DNA of 64,000 nt from Octopus sinensis (GCF_006345805.1 NC_043000.1:101928001-101992000), one strand, 5' to 3'; counted from the first letter of the stretch, positions 1 to 13,117 are shown. The notes: generated by a model not told the origin, from the letters alone. A program made the numbers and translations.

Positions 1-444
1 TTGTAAATGGCCGGATATGAATTGGTAACATAGAGAAAGATGAATTTAATTACTGTAATGCATTAATGTCTAGCTTCCCTTTCGCTACACCTGAACTAAT
101 GGTCATTATATGGTCTATATGGTCACTGTAGCCAAATTTTGAAACACCCTAATATCTAAATAAAGAGAGAAGGGAATATTGGGTAAAGTAGTCTCAGATA
201 CATAATGCCTGAATGAGAGAAATGGGGAGCTTTTGAATAAACATTTGCTCGATTAGTGATGACTTTGAAGGAAACAAAATAAATATATTGACTTCTTTCA
301 TCTATTGTCGATTGCATTGATCCTAGAAGGATGAAAGATAAAGTTGACTTCAGCTGGATGTCAGCTCAGTGTGTAGGGTGGTAAACTAGATGCCACAGAA
401 GGTTTTGTGTAATAAATATATCGATTTTATTGACAAACGCAAGG

Positions 445-650
445 AAGGCAGCGAGCTGGCACAATCGTATGCCCATAGGATAAAATGCTTAGCGGCTTTC
501 CTTCCGGCTATTTAGTTCTGTGTTCCAGTTTCGCCGGAGTCGACTTTGCTTTTCGGGTTAATAAAAGAAGTACCAGTCATGTACTGTGGTCGATGTAATC
601 GAATTTTCCCACTTCCATCCAAATTACTAGTATTGTACCAATATTTGAAA
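445..650 (+). mobile_element. tRNA-derived SINE type B, diverged copy
   Basis: Head ggcagcgagctggcacaatcg and body gtcgactttgc...gtaccagtc...ggtcgatgtaatcga match many other copies in the window. Confidence 0.8.
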
Positions 651-1071
651 CAGTTCCGACCAATTTACAAACACAAAGCTTAAAATGTTTGGAATGGGTA
701 GAGCCGGTTAGATTCAGCTTGGGCTTACACGAGTCAATGAAGAGGCCTCCGGATGGTCATTCAACTGGTCAGAAATGGCAGCAATATCTACCTTACACGA
801 TATTATATTGATAAAAAAAAAGGTGACAGTGCTGTCCAAGATATGTAAAAAAGGTAAAATAATCACAAGTAGAACGAAGTTGATCATAGTTTTGTATATT
901 CAGTCCGGATAGACTTGGAGCTAAACAGTTAATCGTACGTATTTCATTGAACCACAGAAGGATAAAATATAATCGCGGTAAGATTTGATCTCAGAAACAT
1001 ACATGACTTAAAACATACCATAATCATTTTTGCCCACTCTCCCGATCCTGTCACCACTACACACATACACA

Positions 1072-1368
1072 CACGATACTAACAAGATGATATTTTTTTT
1101 CGAACTCTGTAATGCCGTTAGAACAGCAGAAATAATAGACAAATACCCTTACAAGGCGGAAAAAAGTTGTCAACAAACAGCCATAGAACTCGAACCCATA
1201 TCCCCAAAGATTCCGGCTGAATTTATTCATCATCTTGGGAGATGTGAGTTCGAGTCACATGGTTGCTTGTCGACAACTTCTTCCACCTTGTAAGGATATT
1301 TACTCGTTATTTCTGCTGTTCTAATGGCATTACTGCATTCGAAAAGATATCATCTTACTTGTATCGTG
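1072..1368. mobile_element. Near-complete palindrome / foldback MITE-like element
   Basis: 1072-1211 is the reverse complement of 1232-1368 (e.g. gtaatgccgttagaacagcagaaataa vs ttatttctgctgttctaatggcattac), ~20-nt spacer, mostly transition mismatches. Confidence 0.8.
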
Positions 1369-2379
1369 CAATACACATTTCGACACTTCCAATAAATACA
1401 AATGTTAGTTTGTTTATATTTATACATACATATAACACACACACATATACACACACACATAAGATATATATACAAACACACACTTTGATTCAATATAGCT
1501 TATCAAAAGTTACGTGTAATACCGGAATAATCATAAAACCAAATGTTGATATTTCGAATACATTTAATACGTATGTTTAAAGTAGTTACATAAGACAACC
1601 GTTCGTAAATATCCTTTTCAATTCACATTTCAAAATATATATGCATACATATGCATATAGGCGTGTGCGTGCACGCTGTGTGTGTGTGAGTGAAGAACAA
1701 CAAATGATAGGAAACAGGTTGATAATTTTAGCACAGGCTAACTATGATTTATTTTTATGCTGATCTACTTACCTTCTGCCATGTCTGTCTATCTGTCTGT
1801 CCGTCTGTCCGTCCGTGAGTCGGTCGTTGGACAGACAATTACTTCCTGAAATTCAGAAGCAACATTAACGGAGTTAATCTAACGTAAATGAATTCCAGTA
1901 ATATCTCAAGTGCAATTACTATTTTTTTTAAATAACAACCACAACAATAGTAATAAAAATAATACTAATAATAAAGATTATCATTCTATTATATTAACGT
2001 TATTATTTACAGTTCTCTTAATGGGACATCTTTAAATCTTCTTAATGAAATGAGGTATTATCATTTTGACAAGAATCTCTCAGTTACTTATCTTGAAGCA
2101 ATTAGCCACTTCTGCTATTCAACAGTCACTGCGCGTACTAAGATAGATATTGGTCGATGAAGGGTGAAAAGCCATTACTTAGCAAATAATGGCCTCTGAA
2201 TGTCAAACATTTCAACAGCGCTGTTAACAGTATTGCTTTCTGCTGGTTTCCTCCCGCTGTTGTATTTGTATCATTATTTAAAATAGACAACACCACCTAT
2301 TGAATAGATTAATGTCCAGTTGTGATCGAATTAGCATCACCTTCGACAGAGACATGTAGATAAATAGCTAGTTATGCAG

Positions 2380-2700
2380 ATAATTAGATATATTTATATA
2401 GATAGGTAGGTGAATAGATGTCTAATAGGCGCACACATAGGTGTGTGCGTAGATAGATAGTGAGAAAGATATGTAGGAAGATCAGATACAGATGCTGCAA
2501 GATAGATAGATGGACAAGGATGAATGGATAGAAAGAGATAGATAGAAGTAACGAGAAAGGTAGATAAAAATAGATAGCTAGATACATCAATACCGAAATA
2601 TGTAGATAGGAGTTAGAGAGAAAAATGGAATGATAGAAAATAGATAGATAAAAAGAATTAGAAAGAAAGATAGAAAAATAGATAGATATTTAAGTAGATG
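2380..2700. repeat. Degenerate (GATA)n tract
   Basis: Repeated tagata/gataga motifs. Confidence 0.8.
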
Positions 2701-3263
2701 GATAAATCCATTAACATTGTAATCATACAAACTATAGTTATCGAAGTCAGTTAATGGATGTTTGTAATCTTCTAGATTCTTCAGTATAAGCCATGTCTGT
2801 ACCTTTTGTAGAGAACAGATTAATTGGTGTGAAAGAAAAGGTCTCTTGTGAACCAGAGCTGAAGTCGGAGCTGTGTTGGTGGATATTAGAAAGTTAATGC
2901 GTTTCTAAATGCATAAGACGCTCATTATCAAAAGTGGTCCTCGTGTTTATATTCTGTTTATGGAATTCGCTCAGTTCAGATTTCATTGCAATTCGAAATT
3001 TATCTTAAATATGCATCTAATAAGCAAGGTTTTGAAAATGCATTGTTATACTAAATTACACGATATTAAATTAAGAATCTTGCATCCTGTTGCCGACTGA
3101 TCAAGGTTAAGCACCACTTAACTCGGTCAGATGTTTCAATACGCGGCTGTTTAAAGATCTATCGAAAACTATATATTTGCTCTCTCTCTCTCTTTCCTTT
3201 TCCCCTCCTCTCTTACCCACATTTCTCAGTATAAATACAAACACACACACACACACACAATAT

Positions 3264-3458
3264 AAATATCTGACTACCACTTGACAACCGGTGTTGGTGG
3301 GTTTACGTCTTCGTAAATTATCGGTTCGGCAAAAGAAACCGACAGAATAATACCAAGCTAAAAAAACTGAGTACTGGGGTTGATTCGTTTGACTAAAATA
3401 TTCGTCAAGTCAGTGCCCCCGGATGTCTGTAGTTTAATGACTGAAACAAGTAAAAAAG
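3264..3458 (+). mobile_element. SINE type A, 3' half
   Basis: cacttgacaaccggtgttggtg...ggttcggcaaaagaaaccgacagaataa...aatgactgaaacaagtaaaa matches the 3' half of full copies. Confidence 0.8.
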
Positions 3459-3486
3459 CATATATATATAAATATAGGCGCAACTG

Positions 3487-3490
3487 TATG

Positions 3491-3573
<83 letters not shown>

Positions 3574-3595
3574 TGCAACTGTATGTGTATATATA

Positions 3596-3636
<41 letters not shown>
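3487..3636. repeat. (AT)n microsatellite
   Basis: Direct reading; source of the YI/IY ORFs. Confidence 0.95.
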
Positions 3637-3640
3637 CATA

Positions 3641-4036
3641 GGCGCAGGAGTGGCTGTGTGGTAAGCAGCTTGCTTATCAACCACATGGTTCCGGTTCAGT
3701 CCCACTGCGTGGCACCTTGAGCAAGTGTCTTCTACTATAGCCTCGGGCCGAACAAATCACTGTGAGTGGATATTTGGTAGACGAAACTGAAAGAAGCTCG
3801 TCGTATATATGTATATATATATGTGTGTGTGTGAGTGTTTGTGTGTCTGTGTTTGTTTACCCAATCATCACTTGACAACCGATACTGGTGTGTTTATGTT
3901 CCCGTAACTTAGCGGTTCGGCAAAAGAGACTGATAGAATAAGTACTAGGCTTACAGAGAATAAGTCCTGGGGTCAATTTGCTCGACTACAGGTGGTGCTC
4001 CAGCATAGCCACAGTCAAATGACTGAAACAAGTAAA
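3641..4036 (+). mobile_element. tRNA-derived SINE type A, full length with internal (TA)/(TG) microsatellite
   Basis: Head ggcgcaggagtggctgtgtggtaag (A-box-like), ggttcagtccc (B-box-like), tail atgactgaaacaagtaaaa; homologous to 21083-21505 and 50370-50736. Confidence 0.9.
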
Positions 4037-4042
4037 ATATAT

Positions 4043-4044
<2 letters not shown>

Positions 4045-4075
<31 letters not shown>

Positions 4076-4136
4076 TATAATAACAGTAGTAATTATTATT
4101 ATTATTATCATTATTATTATTATTATTATTTTATTG
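4045..4136. repeat. (TAA)n/(TTA)n microsatellite
   Basis: Direct reading. Confidence 0.95.
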
Positions 4137-4355
4137 ATTCAGTCATTGCACTGCGACCATGCTGAGCCACTGCCTTGAAGATATTAGTCGAACAAATAGA
4201 CCCTAGTAGTTATTTTTTAGATTAGTTCTTAATCTATCAGATCTCTCTTTGCCAGATGGCTAAGTTACGGGAAAACAAAAGAAATATTTGTCACATGATG
4301 AACTGATGGAAAACAAGACATGCACCTTCTCCCCTCTCTCTCTCTCTCACACACG

Positions 4356-4408
<53 letters not shown>

Positions 4409-4649
4409 CTTAAACAGGAATACTGTTGATTGTAACTTCGACGTTTCAGCCAGACGTTTCAGATTGTCGGATTGTCCGAGACTTCGAAGTCACTGTCAAT
4501 AATATTCTTGTTTAAGAATAGTAATTTGTACTCTCCCAAAATATAGAGTAACCCATCATATTAATGTAAAATTGTTTTTCTTATACCTGAACATAAAAAC
4601 ACCTCGTATATATATATATTCTGGCACACAACAGAACTAGTCCGGGAAC

Positions 4650-5600
4650 TTCTTGATACCAAGACGTTGAAATAAGAAAAAAAACACCAGAAACTAATAC
4701 ATTTATAAAACCAGAATATAGTAGTAATCAACATACGGCAAGAGAGGGAAATGGCCCAGATATGGAATTATTGGGTGTATGTATTTATATATGCGTGCTC
4801 GAGCAAGAGAGAAGCTTAATGTAGAAATGAGAAAAAAGGTTATTTTTATGGTTGAAAAATTGATAATCAGAAAAACTTGAAATATTAGACACGTTAATGT
4901 TGAAATTTAGCCGACATAAGAAAATTGAGGGAAGTAAGGATTTATGAAGTAAAAAAAAACAAATAAAAAAAAAAGCAATGACGCTAGAGGAGGAAAGCCA
5001 AGAGGAACTAATGCTTAAACTTTGAACACAAAATTTACGATTAAAATAACTCAACTTTTTTCAGATATAAAGTGAGATAGTTAAAAGAAATGTAGTAATA
5101 TTTTATTATAGAAATAAAGTATAGGAGATTTCAAGAATGGATAAATACGTGTATACACATGTGTATGTGTCTGGCTTGAACGGAGATTGAAGAAATACAT
5201 TATTAGTGTAGACATCGGTAAATAGAGTTGTAGGATTAAACTTATAGTTTAAGACACAGTAATAAAATATGAAATGCAAAAAGGCAACGATGCAAGTTGG
5301 AAGTAGAACACTATTTGGGATAAAAAAAAAAACTGAAGTATTTTTTGAAAGTAGCAAAGTAAGAAATAACTAAACAAAATTGAATATTTATTGTGTTATG
5401 GAAATTAATTGGTCTTGGAATGAAGGTGAGTGTGCAAACGCTGCAGAAGCAATGATGGTTAAATAAAGTCTTTTGTCAAAATAAAATACATCAGAAAGAA
5501 ATATAAAGAGAATGGAATGTATGTAATGTCAAAGCAAAAAAATATAGGTTAGTAGTGGTAAAGAAACAAAACAGTCAGTTGGTAGTGAAATTAAAATATT
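4650..5600 (+). mobile_element. Possible degraded Tx1/L1-like LINE ORF2 C-terminal region
   Basis: Purine-rich strand bias; broken frames give AREKLNVEMRKKVIFMVEKLIIRKT*NIRH, resembling the K..IW..R motif; many stops. Confidence 0.3.
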
Positions 5601-5999
5601 CACCCAACAAAAATTCTAACGGAAAACAACTATAAATTCATATTCTAGCAGCTACTAACTATTGTTTATAATTTAGTTATTCTCTGATAAACAAGTTTTT
5701 GACGAAACATCTAAATATTGCAATGCAGCACAACGAAGAATTTGCTATACAAAGTAAAATGAATCTCTAATATAGTGCCAACCTATGCTAAACATAGAGA
5801 CATGTAATGTGGTAACTAGTCCCCGGTATTTAAGTTCTTTTCTTGATGGGCTAAAATTTAAAACTCTTACAGAAAAAAAATGTATTCTATTCATAAGTAT
5901 CATAAACTACTTAACCAAAAGATATCAAGATTTTGTATCCAGCCATCAAATATCTTGCACAATATCTTGCTGATTATAATCTCTTCAAATTGAGAACAT

Positions 6000-6540
6000 A
6001 ACTGTACTACTTCAAAGAAATTACCAGGAAAACGAAGTAATCTGTTCTGTCATAGTCAATGTCAATTCAACTTCTCTTTGGTACTTAGGTTTAACCGCAG
6101 ATCCTTTCAAAAGTAGTTCAACCACAACAGACAACGTTTCGAAACCCTGACAGAAAACTGCTGTATATCGATTGACTTATACCCTGGATACTGAACTTTT
6201 CTAACGTTCCTTCTAAGTAACAACCAGAAAGTTACGTATCACAACATTTAAAAATCCTTTTCTCTCCTGCACCATTATAACATTCAGAATTACTATTTTC
6301 TGGAGAGAACAATAAACTATTTAAAACCATTTTCCCCCAGAAGAGGTTACTACTCATCTTATACACTTCCATAGAACCTGCTAATGATTTTCTTCACTTC
6401 AACAAGAGGTATGACTTGTCCCATGAATTTGTAAACACGGCGGCTACTCTGTGATGGTCTGCGGAGCAATTTGGAGCAATGGTTTATCAGAAGTGGTTGA
6501 GTGTGAGCAAAACAAAAACTCGATAAATATGTGTCCATAA
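6000..6540 (+). mobile_element. Tc1-family transposase fossil
   Basis: [24 protein letters not shown] (~6432-6505) matches the Tc1 KHGGGSVMVWG motif; ADPFKSS HTH-region motif upstream. Confidence 0.6.
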
Positions 6541-6541
6541 T

Positions 6542-6604
<63 letters not shown>

Positions 6605-6699
6605 CTTTTCGTATTTGTTTCAACAAGTCCTTCTTGTGGAGCCACGTGTCTAAACAGAGACTTATGTATGGGAAGGACATTCTGTCAAATAGATGCACA

Positions 6700-6890
6700 C
6701 ACAGTGCGACCATGCTGGAGTACCACGCTTTGAAGTGTTCAGTCACACAAATCGCTTGCAATACTTACTTTCTTTTTAAATCTGATCTTTTCGATCCCCT
6801 TTGATCAACCGCCAAGTTACGGGGACATAAACCAACACCACTTGTCAAGTGTTGGTCGAGGGACAAACAAAGACACACACACATACGTAT
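6700..6890 (-). mobile_element. SINE type A, 3' half
   Basis: gcgaccatgctggagtaccac...ccgccaagttacggggacataaaccaacaccacttgtcaag is the reverse complement of the type A 3' half. Confidence 0.75.
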
Positions 6891-8715
6891 GTACATGTAT
6901 ATATATATATATATATGTGTATGTCTACGTATGTATGCATAATATACATGTCTATATAATAGACAGAACCAAATACAATACTAACCAACTTTAATATATG
7001 TATGAATAAATATATTAATATAAGCATTCAATACGCCCATTATTTACAGATGCTGTCAATTATGACAACAAATATCTTTTGCTTACATGCATTGAAAATG
7101 ATAATATGATAAAATATAGAAATCGTACATTTATTTTTAAATACTGATATTTACATGTTGTAGAAAACTGTATTGAATTAATGTTGAAAAAAATAAATTT
7201 TGATTCAATATTTACTTTAAGAGCACACAAACTGAAAATGTAGCCAATTCCAGAGAATTGATCACGCAATAATGCTGAGCAGGCTATAGCTTTGCATGTG
7301 CGATTTAATTTAAAACAGTTCTTATATTACTACCCTTGTAGTGGAAAATTCTCACAAAGAACTCTGTGAATTTTAAAAAATTTGTACGTCTATTTTCATT
7401 TCTTTTTATTTCTAGTTCAACACTCCGTCCCATAAACTTGCCTATGAGAAAAGATGGAAGGCGACAGATGTATTCTGACATGAACGAATGTATCATCTTG
7501 CATTTTTGTTAATCAAGAGATAAAATTCTGAGAAATTATCTCCTTTTGTAAACAAAGTATTTCAACTGACAACGGCATTTATTTTAAGCGTGATACCCAT
7601 GAAAAAGATTATACTTTTCCAGATAGTCTAATCCATGTTTAGGAAATCTTCAAAATAATTATATTTACACAATGCTTCGACTTTTAATCATCTTCAGGTA
7701 TCATTTCTAGATGCATGAGAAGATAGATTCGCTTATATCAATCCTAGTTCCTAAGTGGTGTTTCTTTTATTGGCGCCATAAGAAAGGCGAAGTTGATCCT
7801 GGATGGATTTGAACTCAAGACGTAACGGACGTAAATACCACAAATTTGTTCATTGTTTTGTCGTTTCTGCCTAGTCAATGCTATTTTCAGAATTTAATAG
7901 CGATTTATGTCATATAATAAACATTAGCAAAAAACGCCAGGAATTTGGAAGAAGAGTTAATATATTGCATCGATACCTGTTGTTCAATAGGTACTTTTAT
8001 ATCGAAAAAAGAAGGAAGAAAAAGACCTCAGAAGGATTCGGACTCAGAGCGTAAAGGGCCGTAAGTAAATACCGGGAAAGAATTTAAAACTCCACCAATT
8101 TGTTTGTCACCAGTAGATATAAGATCAGATCTCAATTAACCACCAAAGAACATAAACCAGTCTCTGAAAAAATGACTACGAAGGGAAGCAGAGATGTATC
8201 TCCCATAGATAGTTTCTACGTTTATTAAGTATTAACATAATGTAGTGAACCAAATAGATTTAATCAAAATTATACGGACATAATCTTAATCTTTAATTCT
8301 ACTCAAGAAAAGTAAACGGGAGGCAACTCCGAAATTGAAATTGATTTTAAATTGAATATAGGGCATTTAGCAGCGGGAGAGTGAGCTTCATACCAAGAAG
8401 ATTTTATGACAACTCCGAGTACGTTTTGGTTTCATTAGTACTCAGCAGTAAAGCAAACTAATATATCTGTACTTGCCAGATTTCAAGAATACTAAGAGAT
8501 TAAATAACCACTGATAGTCGTGACAGCTTAAAAGAAAGGCGGAGGAAACTACGTAATCACCTGGTTTTCTCATCATTACTGTTATAATCTTGATCAGTTA
8601 AACTACTTTAGATCACTATGTTAGCAATGACACCTTCATAATCCGATCATAACACTATCCTTTAATCTCAACTTATTTATTTATACTCATCAATTCAAGC
8701 TGTAAAAGTAACTGA

Positions 8716-8960
8716 TTTACTTATTACCCACAAAGGGCTAAACATAGATGGGACAATGCACACATGCGGGGACAATCAACACACGAAAGAGTGGAACGGT
8801 GAAATTATACAATGAAGATCGAACGGCCACCCCAGCCCCGCTCCGGGGTGGTTACGTTATTTCAGTTATTTCAACAGTTCTTTTCAAAATTATTTCAACA
8901 TTTTTCAAAAGTTCTTTTCACAGTTATCTCCACCTGCTGACCCAAACCATAAGTACGTAT
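8716..8960 (-). mobile_element. 5'-truncated 3' end of a non-LTR retroposon (structured UTR plus tail)
   Basis: Tail ttgtcccatctatgtttagccctttgtgggtaataagtaaa; hairpin ccaccccgg-agcgggg-ctggggtgg ~100 nt upstream. Confidence 0.65.
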
Positions 8961-9230
8961 CTGTATTCTTAGCTTTACGTACAATACTTTCTTGGTCCCT
9001 TATTCAGGATAAATCCATTATATAACTACTACAAATTGAAGTTTACAAAAAGTGGCCGTAGTAAGTCACACTCTCTCTTTAGTTTTATTGCGTATGAGAA
9101 CTACAGGCGTAGTTTATGTGTGCAAAAAGAAAAGGCAACGAACTGTCTCCCTTAAATCTACAACCACAAAACTTTTCGTCTTAATATTATAAATAAATAT
9201 ATAAATAATGATAATGATGACGATGATGAA

Positions 9231-9590
9231 AGGTGGTGAGCTGGCAGAATCGTTAGCACGCCTAGCAAAATGCATAGCGTCTTTACGTTCTTAGTTCAAA
9301 TTGCGCTTATCCCCTTATCCGAAAGTGCTGGCCTTGTGCCAAAATTTGAAAGTAATATTGCGAAAAGAAAGTAAAAATCAAGGGCAGTGAGCTGGCAGAA
9401 TCGTTAACACGCCGGGCAAAACACTTAGCTACATTTCCCCCGTCTTCATGTTCTGAGTTCAAATTGCATCGGGGTTGACTGTATCTTTCATCCCTTAGAG
9501 TTCAATAAAACAAGTACCAGTTGAACACTGTGGTCGATGTAATCGACTCACCCTCCCCGAAAGTCCTGGTCTTGCGCTAAAATATGAAAC
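9231..9590 (+). mobile_element. Two adjacent SINE type B copies (9231-9355 internally deleted; 9381-9590)
   Basis: Both begin ggYRgtgagctggcagaatcgtta; body ttctgagttcaaatt. Confidence 0.85.
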
Positions 9591-9611
9591 TCATATTACG
9601 TTAATGTAACC

Positions 9612-10087
9612 GTATTTCGTCTGCCGTTACGTTCTGAGTTCAAATTCCGCCGAGGTCGACTTTGCCTTTCATCCTTTCGGGGTCGATAAATTAAGTACCA
9701 GTTACGCACTGGGGTCGATATAATCGACTTAATCCGTTTGTCTGTCCTCGTTTGTCCTCTCTGTGTTTAGCCCCTTGTGGGTAGTAAAGAAATAGGTATT
9801 TCGTATGTCTTTACGTTCTGAGTTCAAATTCCGCCGAAGGACTTTGCCTTTCATCCTTTCGGGGTCGATTATATAAGTACCGGTTACGTACTGGGGTCGA
9901 TATAATCGACCCAGTCCGTTTATCTGTCCTTGTTTGTCCTCTCTGTGTTTAGCCCCTTGTGGGTAGTAAAGATATAGGTATTTCGTCTACCGCTACGTTC
10001 TGAGTTCAAATTCCGCTGAGGAAGTCGACTTTGCCTTTTATCCTTTCGGAGTCGATAAATTAAGGTACCAGTCAAGTATTGGGGTCG
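9612..10087 (+). repeat. Tandem array of ~184-bp SINE-B-derived units followed by an older SINE-B body
   Basis: Units 9612-9795 and 9796-9977 run gtatttcgt...aaagaaatag; 9978-10087 is a more diverged body. Confidence 0.9.
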
Positions 10088-10109
10088 GCGCGCGCGCACA
10101 TGTTGGTTT

Positions 10110-10322
10110 CTATGTATTGTGTTTGTCCACACTCGCCGCATGACAATCAACGCCGATTTCTTTACATCCTTATAAATTAGTGGTTCGGCCCTAGACAAAT
10201 AAAATAAGTACCCGGCTTTACAAAAAAATAAATACTGGGGTCGATCTGTTCAACTGAAACCCTTCAGGGTGGAGCTTCGGCATGACCGCAATCCAATGAC
10301 TGAACCAAGTAAAAGATAAAAG
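10110..10322 (+). mobile_element. SINE type A, 3' half
   Basis: ggttcggcc...aataagtac...actggggtcgat...aatgactgaaccaagtaaaagataaaag. Confidence 0.7.
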
Positions 10323-11077
10323 TACAGAAGCAGAATAAGAAACAGCTACACTGAGACAATTTCTCTAATGTTCACCGATTTATCTCCAGCAACGTAACAC
10401 ATTCATCATTTTCACCGAGACAAAATTTTCTTTCATTACTCCCCATCCATTAGCTATCATACATAGATATCAGCAACATTAAAGACATTATCCTTTGACC
10501 TTCACTCGCCCATAATTTCATAACGGCTTTTTTTATTGACTTCCATTACACACAACACACGCAAATTTATTTGATTTTTAAATTATCATTAGATCAATTA
10601 ACAGTCACACGCATTTATAATGAATGTATTATACATTACGTTACTACTCACATTTTAATTTCAACCCTCTTCCTCTGCTCTCAACATACGCTGCACGCCG
10701 ACGCTTCTATATTCTTACACCGAATCATAACAAGTATTTATAAACTGAAAAAAAAAAAAAATAATAATAATAAATGAATAAATGGTCACAGAAACGTCAA
10801 CGGTAATTATAAAACGATAAAAATTAAAAAGATTAACTGTATAAGAAATCCTTTACATTTTTTTTTCCTACATCACTTGACGATTTAGCATTAGTGAAAA
10901 ATCTGTGCCATAAAATAGCCGCGTAATCATCGACTCCAATTTGCACTCTATTATAAAGTGTTGGATCTTTATGTTTGTTTTATATTCGCTTGTGAGCAGA
11001 CATACACACACACACACATTCGTTATTAGTGACGGAAGTAGTTCAAAATCAGTGATCTGTACGCATACAACATGTAC

Positions 11078-11079
11078 AC

Positions 11080-11145
<66 letters not shown>

Positions 11146-11285
11146 GAGAAGAGAGAGAGAGAAAGAGGAGAGAGAGAGAGAGGAGAGAGAGAAGAGAGAG
11201 AGAGAGAAGAGAGAGAAGAGAGAAAGAGAGAGAGAGAAAGAGAGAGAGAGAGAGGAAAGAGAGAGAGAGAGAGAGAAGAGAGAGA
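11078..11285. repeat. (GA)n-rich microsatellite
   Basis: Direct reading; source of ER/SL ORFs. Confidence 0.95.
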
Positions 11286-11463
11286 ATATGTGTAAAATCA
11301 TAGATAGGTAGCGAGCTATAATATATGTAACATCTATGTAATACACAAATTAGCACACACACACACACACACTCACACTCACACACACACACACTCACAC
11401 ACAAACACACAGTATTACGTTTATGTACTTGTATGTACTTGTATATAAGAGCATATATACATG

Positions 11464-11506
<43 letters not shown>

Positions 11507-11839
11507 TGATTGATAGATAAATAGAAAGAAAGAGGGAGAGAGAGAGAGAGACAGGCAGACAGACAGAGATAAGTAGAGAGTGAGGAAGAAATGCTCACGC
11601 ATACATACAAGCACATATAGACACATTAATAACGAACTGAAAGAAGTTGCTCAGAACCTGAATGATGATGATGGATGGTATATTCTTTGATGATTGCCAG
11701 TCAACAACCTAATGGCAACGATTTTCATGCTTGTTGATTAGCTAGTAATTATCCAACACGAGAACACAGTTGATATCCGGCCACCATGGCGAATGAGAAT
11801 ATGTATATCTGCACATGTGTGCGCGCGTGTATTTGTATG

Positions 11840-11850
11840 TGTTTATATAT

Positions 11851-11931
<81 letters not shown>

Positions 11932-11970
11932 GTATATATATAAATATAAATATATATGTATATATGTATG

Positions 11971-12028
<58 letters not shown>

Positions 12029-12131
12029 TATATATATAAGTAAATATATATATGTATATATGTATGTATGTATATATATTATATATATATATATAAATAA
12101 ATATATGTATATATGTAAGTATATACATATA

Positions 12132-12206
<75 letters not shown>
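11840..12206. repeat. (AT)n-rich microsatellite
   Basis: Direct reading. Confidence 0.95.
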
Positions 12207-13080
12207 TACACACATTAGCACGTATATGACATTTATAAATATTGATACGGATATCCTGTGCAATGTGCTTAATATTATATATTTAAGTCTCACTGTTAAA
12301 ATATACCTCACAGATATACCGAAGAGTTCAGTCATTTGAAATGTGGATCCTAGTTAATTCACGGTGTCTATCTTCTTCTCGAGGCTAAATATATGCTTAT
12401 TATACGTATTATATTCTACTTCTGAATACGCATTACAGAAGGGAACAATTTTGAACATAATTTCTGAGTTTTGCTTCTTCACTTTAGACTAAATTGGCAC
12501 GCTGATTTCAAAACTACACTTAGTTTTCTTGTATCACTTCAAGTTTTTTTCTGCACTATACGTCCCCATAATCCGGTAGTTCGATAAATAGGTAAAATAA
12601 AATAAGTACCAAACTTTTGAAAATAATAGGGTCGATCTCATCGATTGAATTACAAATGAATAGAAAAACATCAAGACAGTGCTCAAGCATGGCTGTTGTC
12701 CAATGACTGGAAAAAATAAAATAATTAAATGGTAGAAGAAAATAATTCAGAAAATAAATTGACATGTCTAGAGGAAAACCCGATCTTAGTTTCCAAGCAA
12801 GGGAGAAAATTACAAAGAAGTTTTGGATTACTGAACCGTCAGTATATTCTTTATTTTGTCTCAATCACTGGATTGCGTCGATGCTGGAGCAATTGATTGA
12901 AGAGTTTATCAAACAAATCTGTATTAGTTTTTATTTCAAGGCTGATATTTATTCTATTGGTCTTTTTTTTTTTTTTGCCAAACCACTTAGTTGAAAGGGT
13001 GTAAAGAAGCCATACTGGATTTTAAGCAGTAGGGAAATCAAACACAAAGAGATTCCCACACATGCATATGAAAAAGAAAG

Positions 13081-13117
<37 letters not shown>

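Noticed and set aside
3090-3150. 5S rRNA-like words (gttaagca...cggtcag)
   Set aside because: Only short scattered matches; the rest of 5S is absent.
3380-3686. Long ORFs such as YIYIYI, ERERE, LSLSL, LSIY, CVCVC (also 10868-12335, 22189-22777, 26040-26970, 39923-41687, 50644-51265, 54044-54659, 60336-60889)
   Set aside because: They arise from stop-free microsatellites, not genes.
3641-3720. tRNA-like heads of SINEs as tRNA genes
   Set aside because: Only A/B-box-like motifs are retained, no full cloverleaf, and each continues into SINE body.
4415-4500. Small inverted repeat with ctgaaacgtc motifs, possible hammerhead
   Set aside because: No CUGANGA core can be placed; too degenerate.
7240-7650. 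Possible SWIM-finger transposase remnant on the minus strand
   Set aside because: Motifs are spread over several frames and too weak to call.
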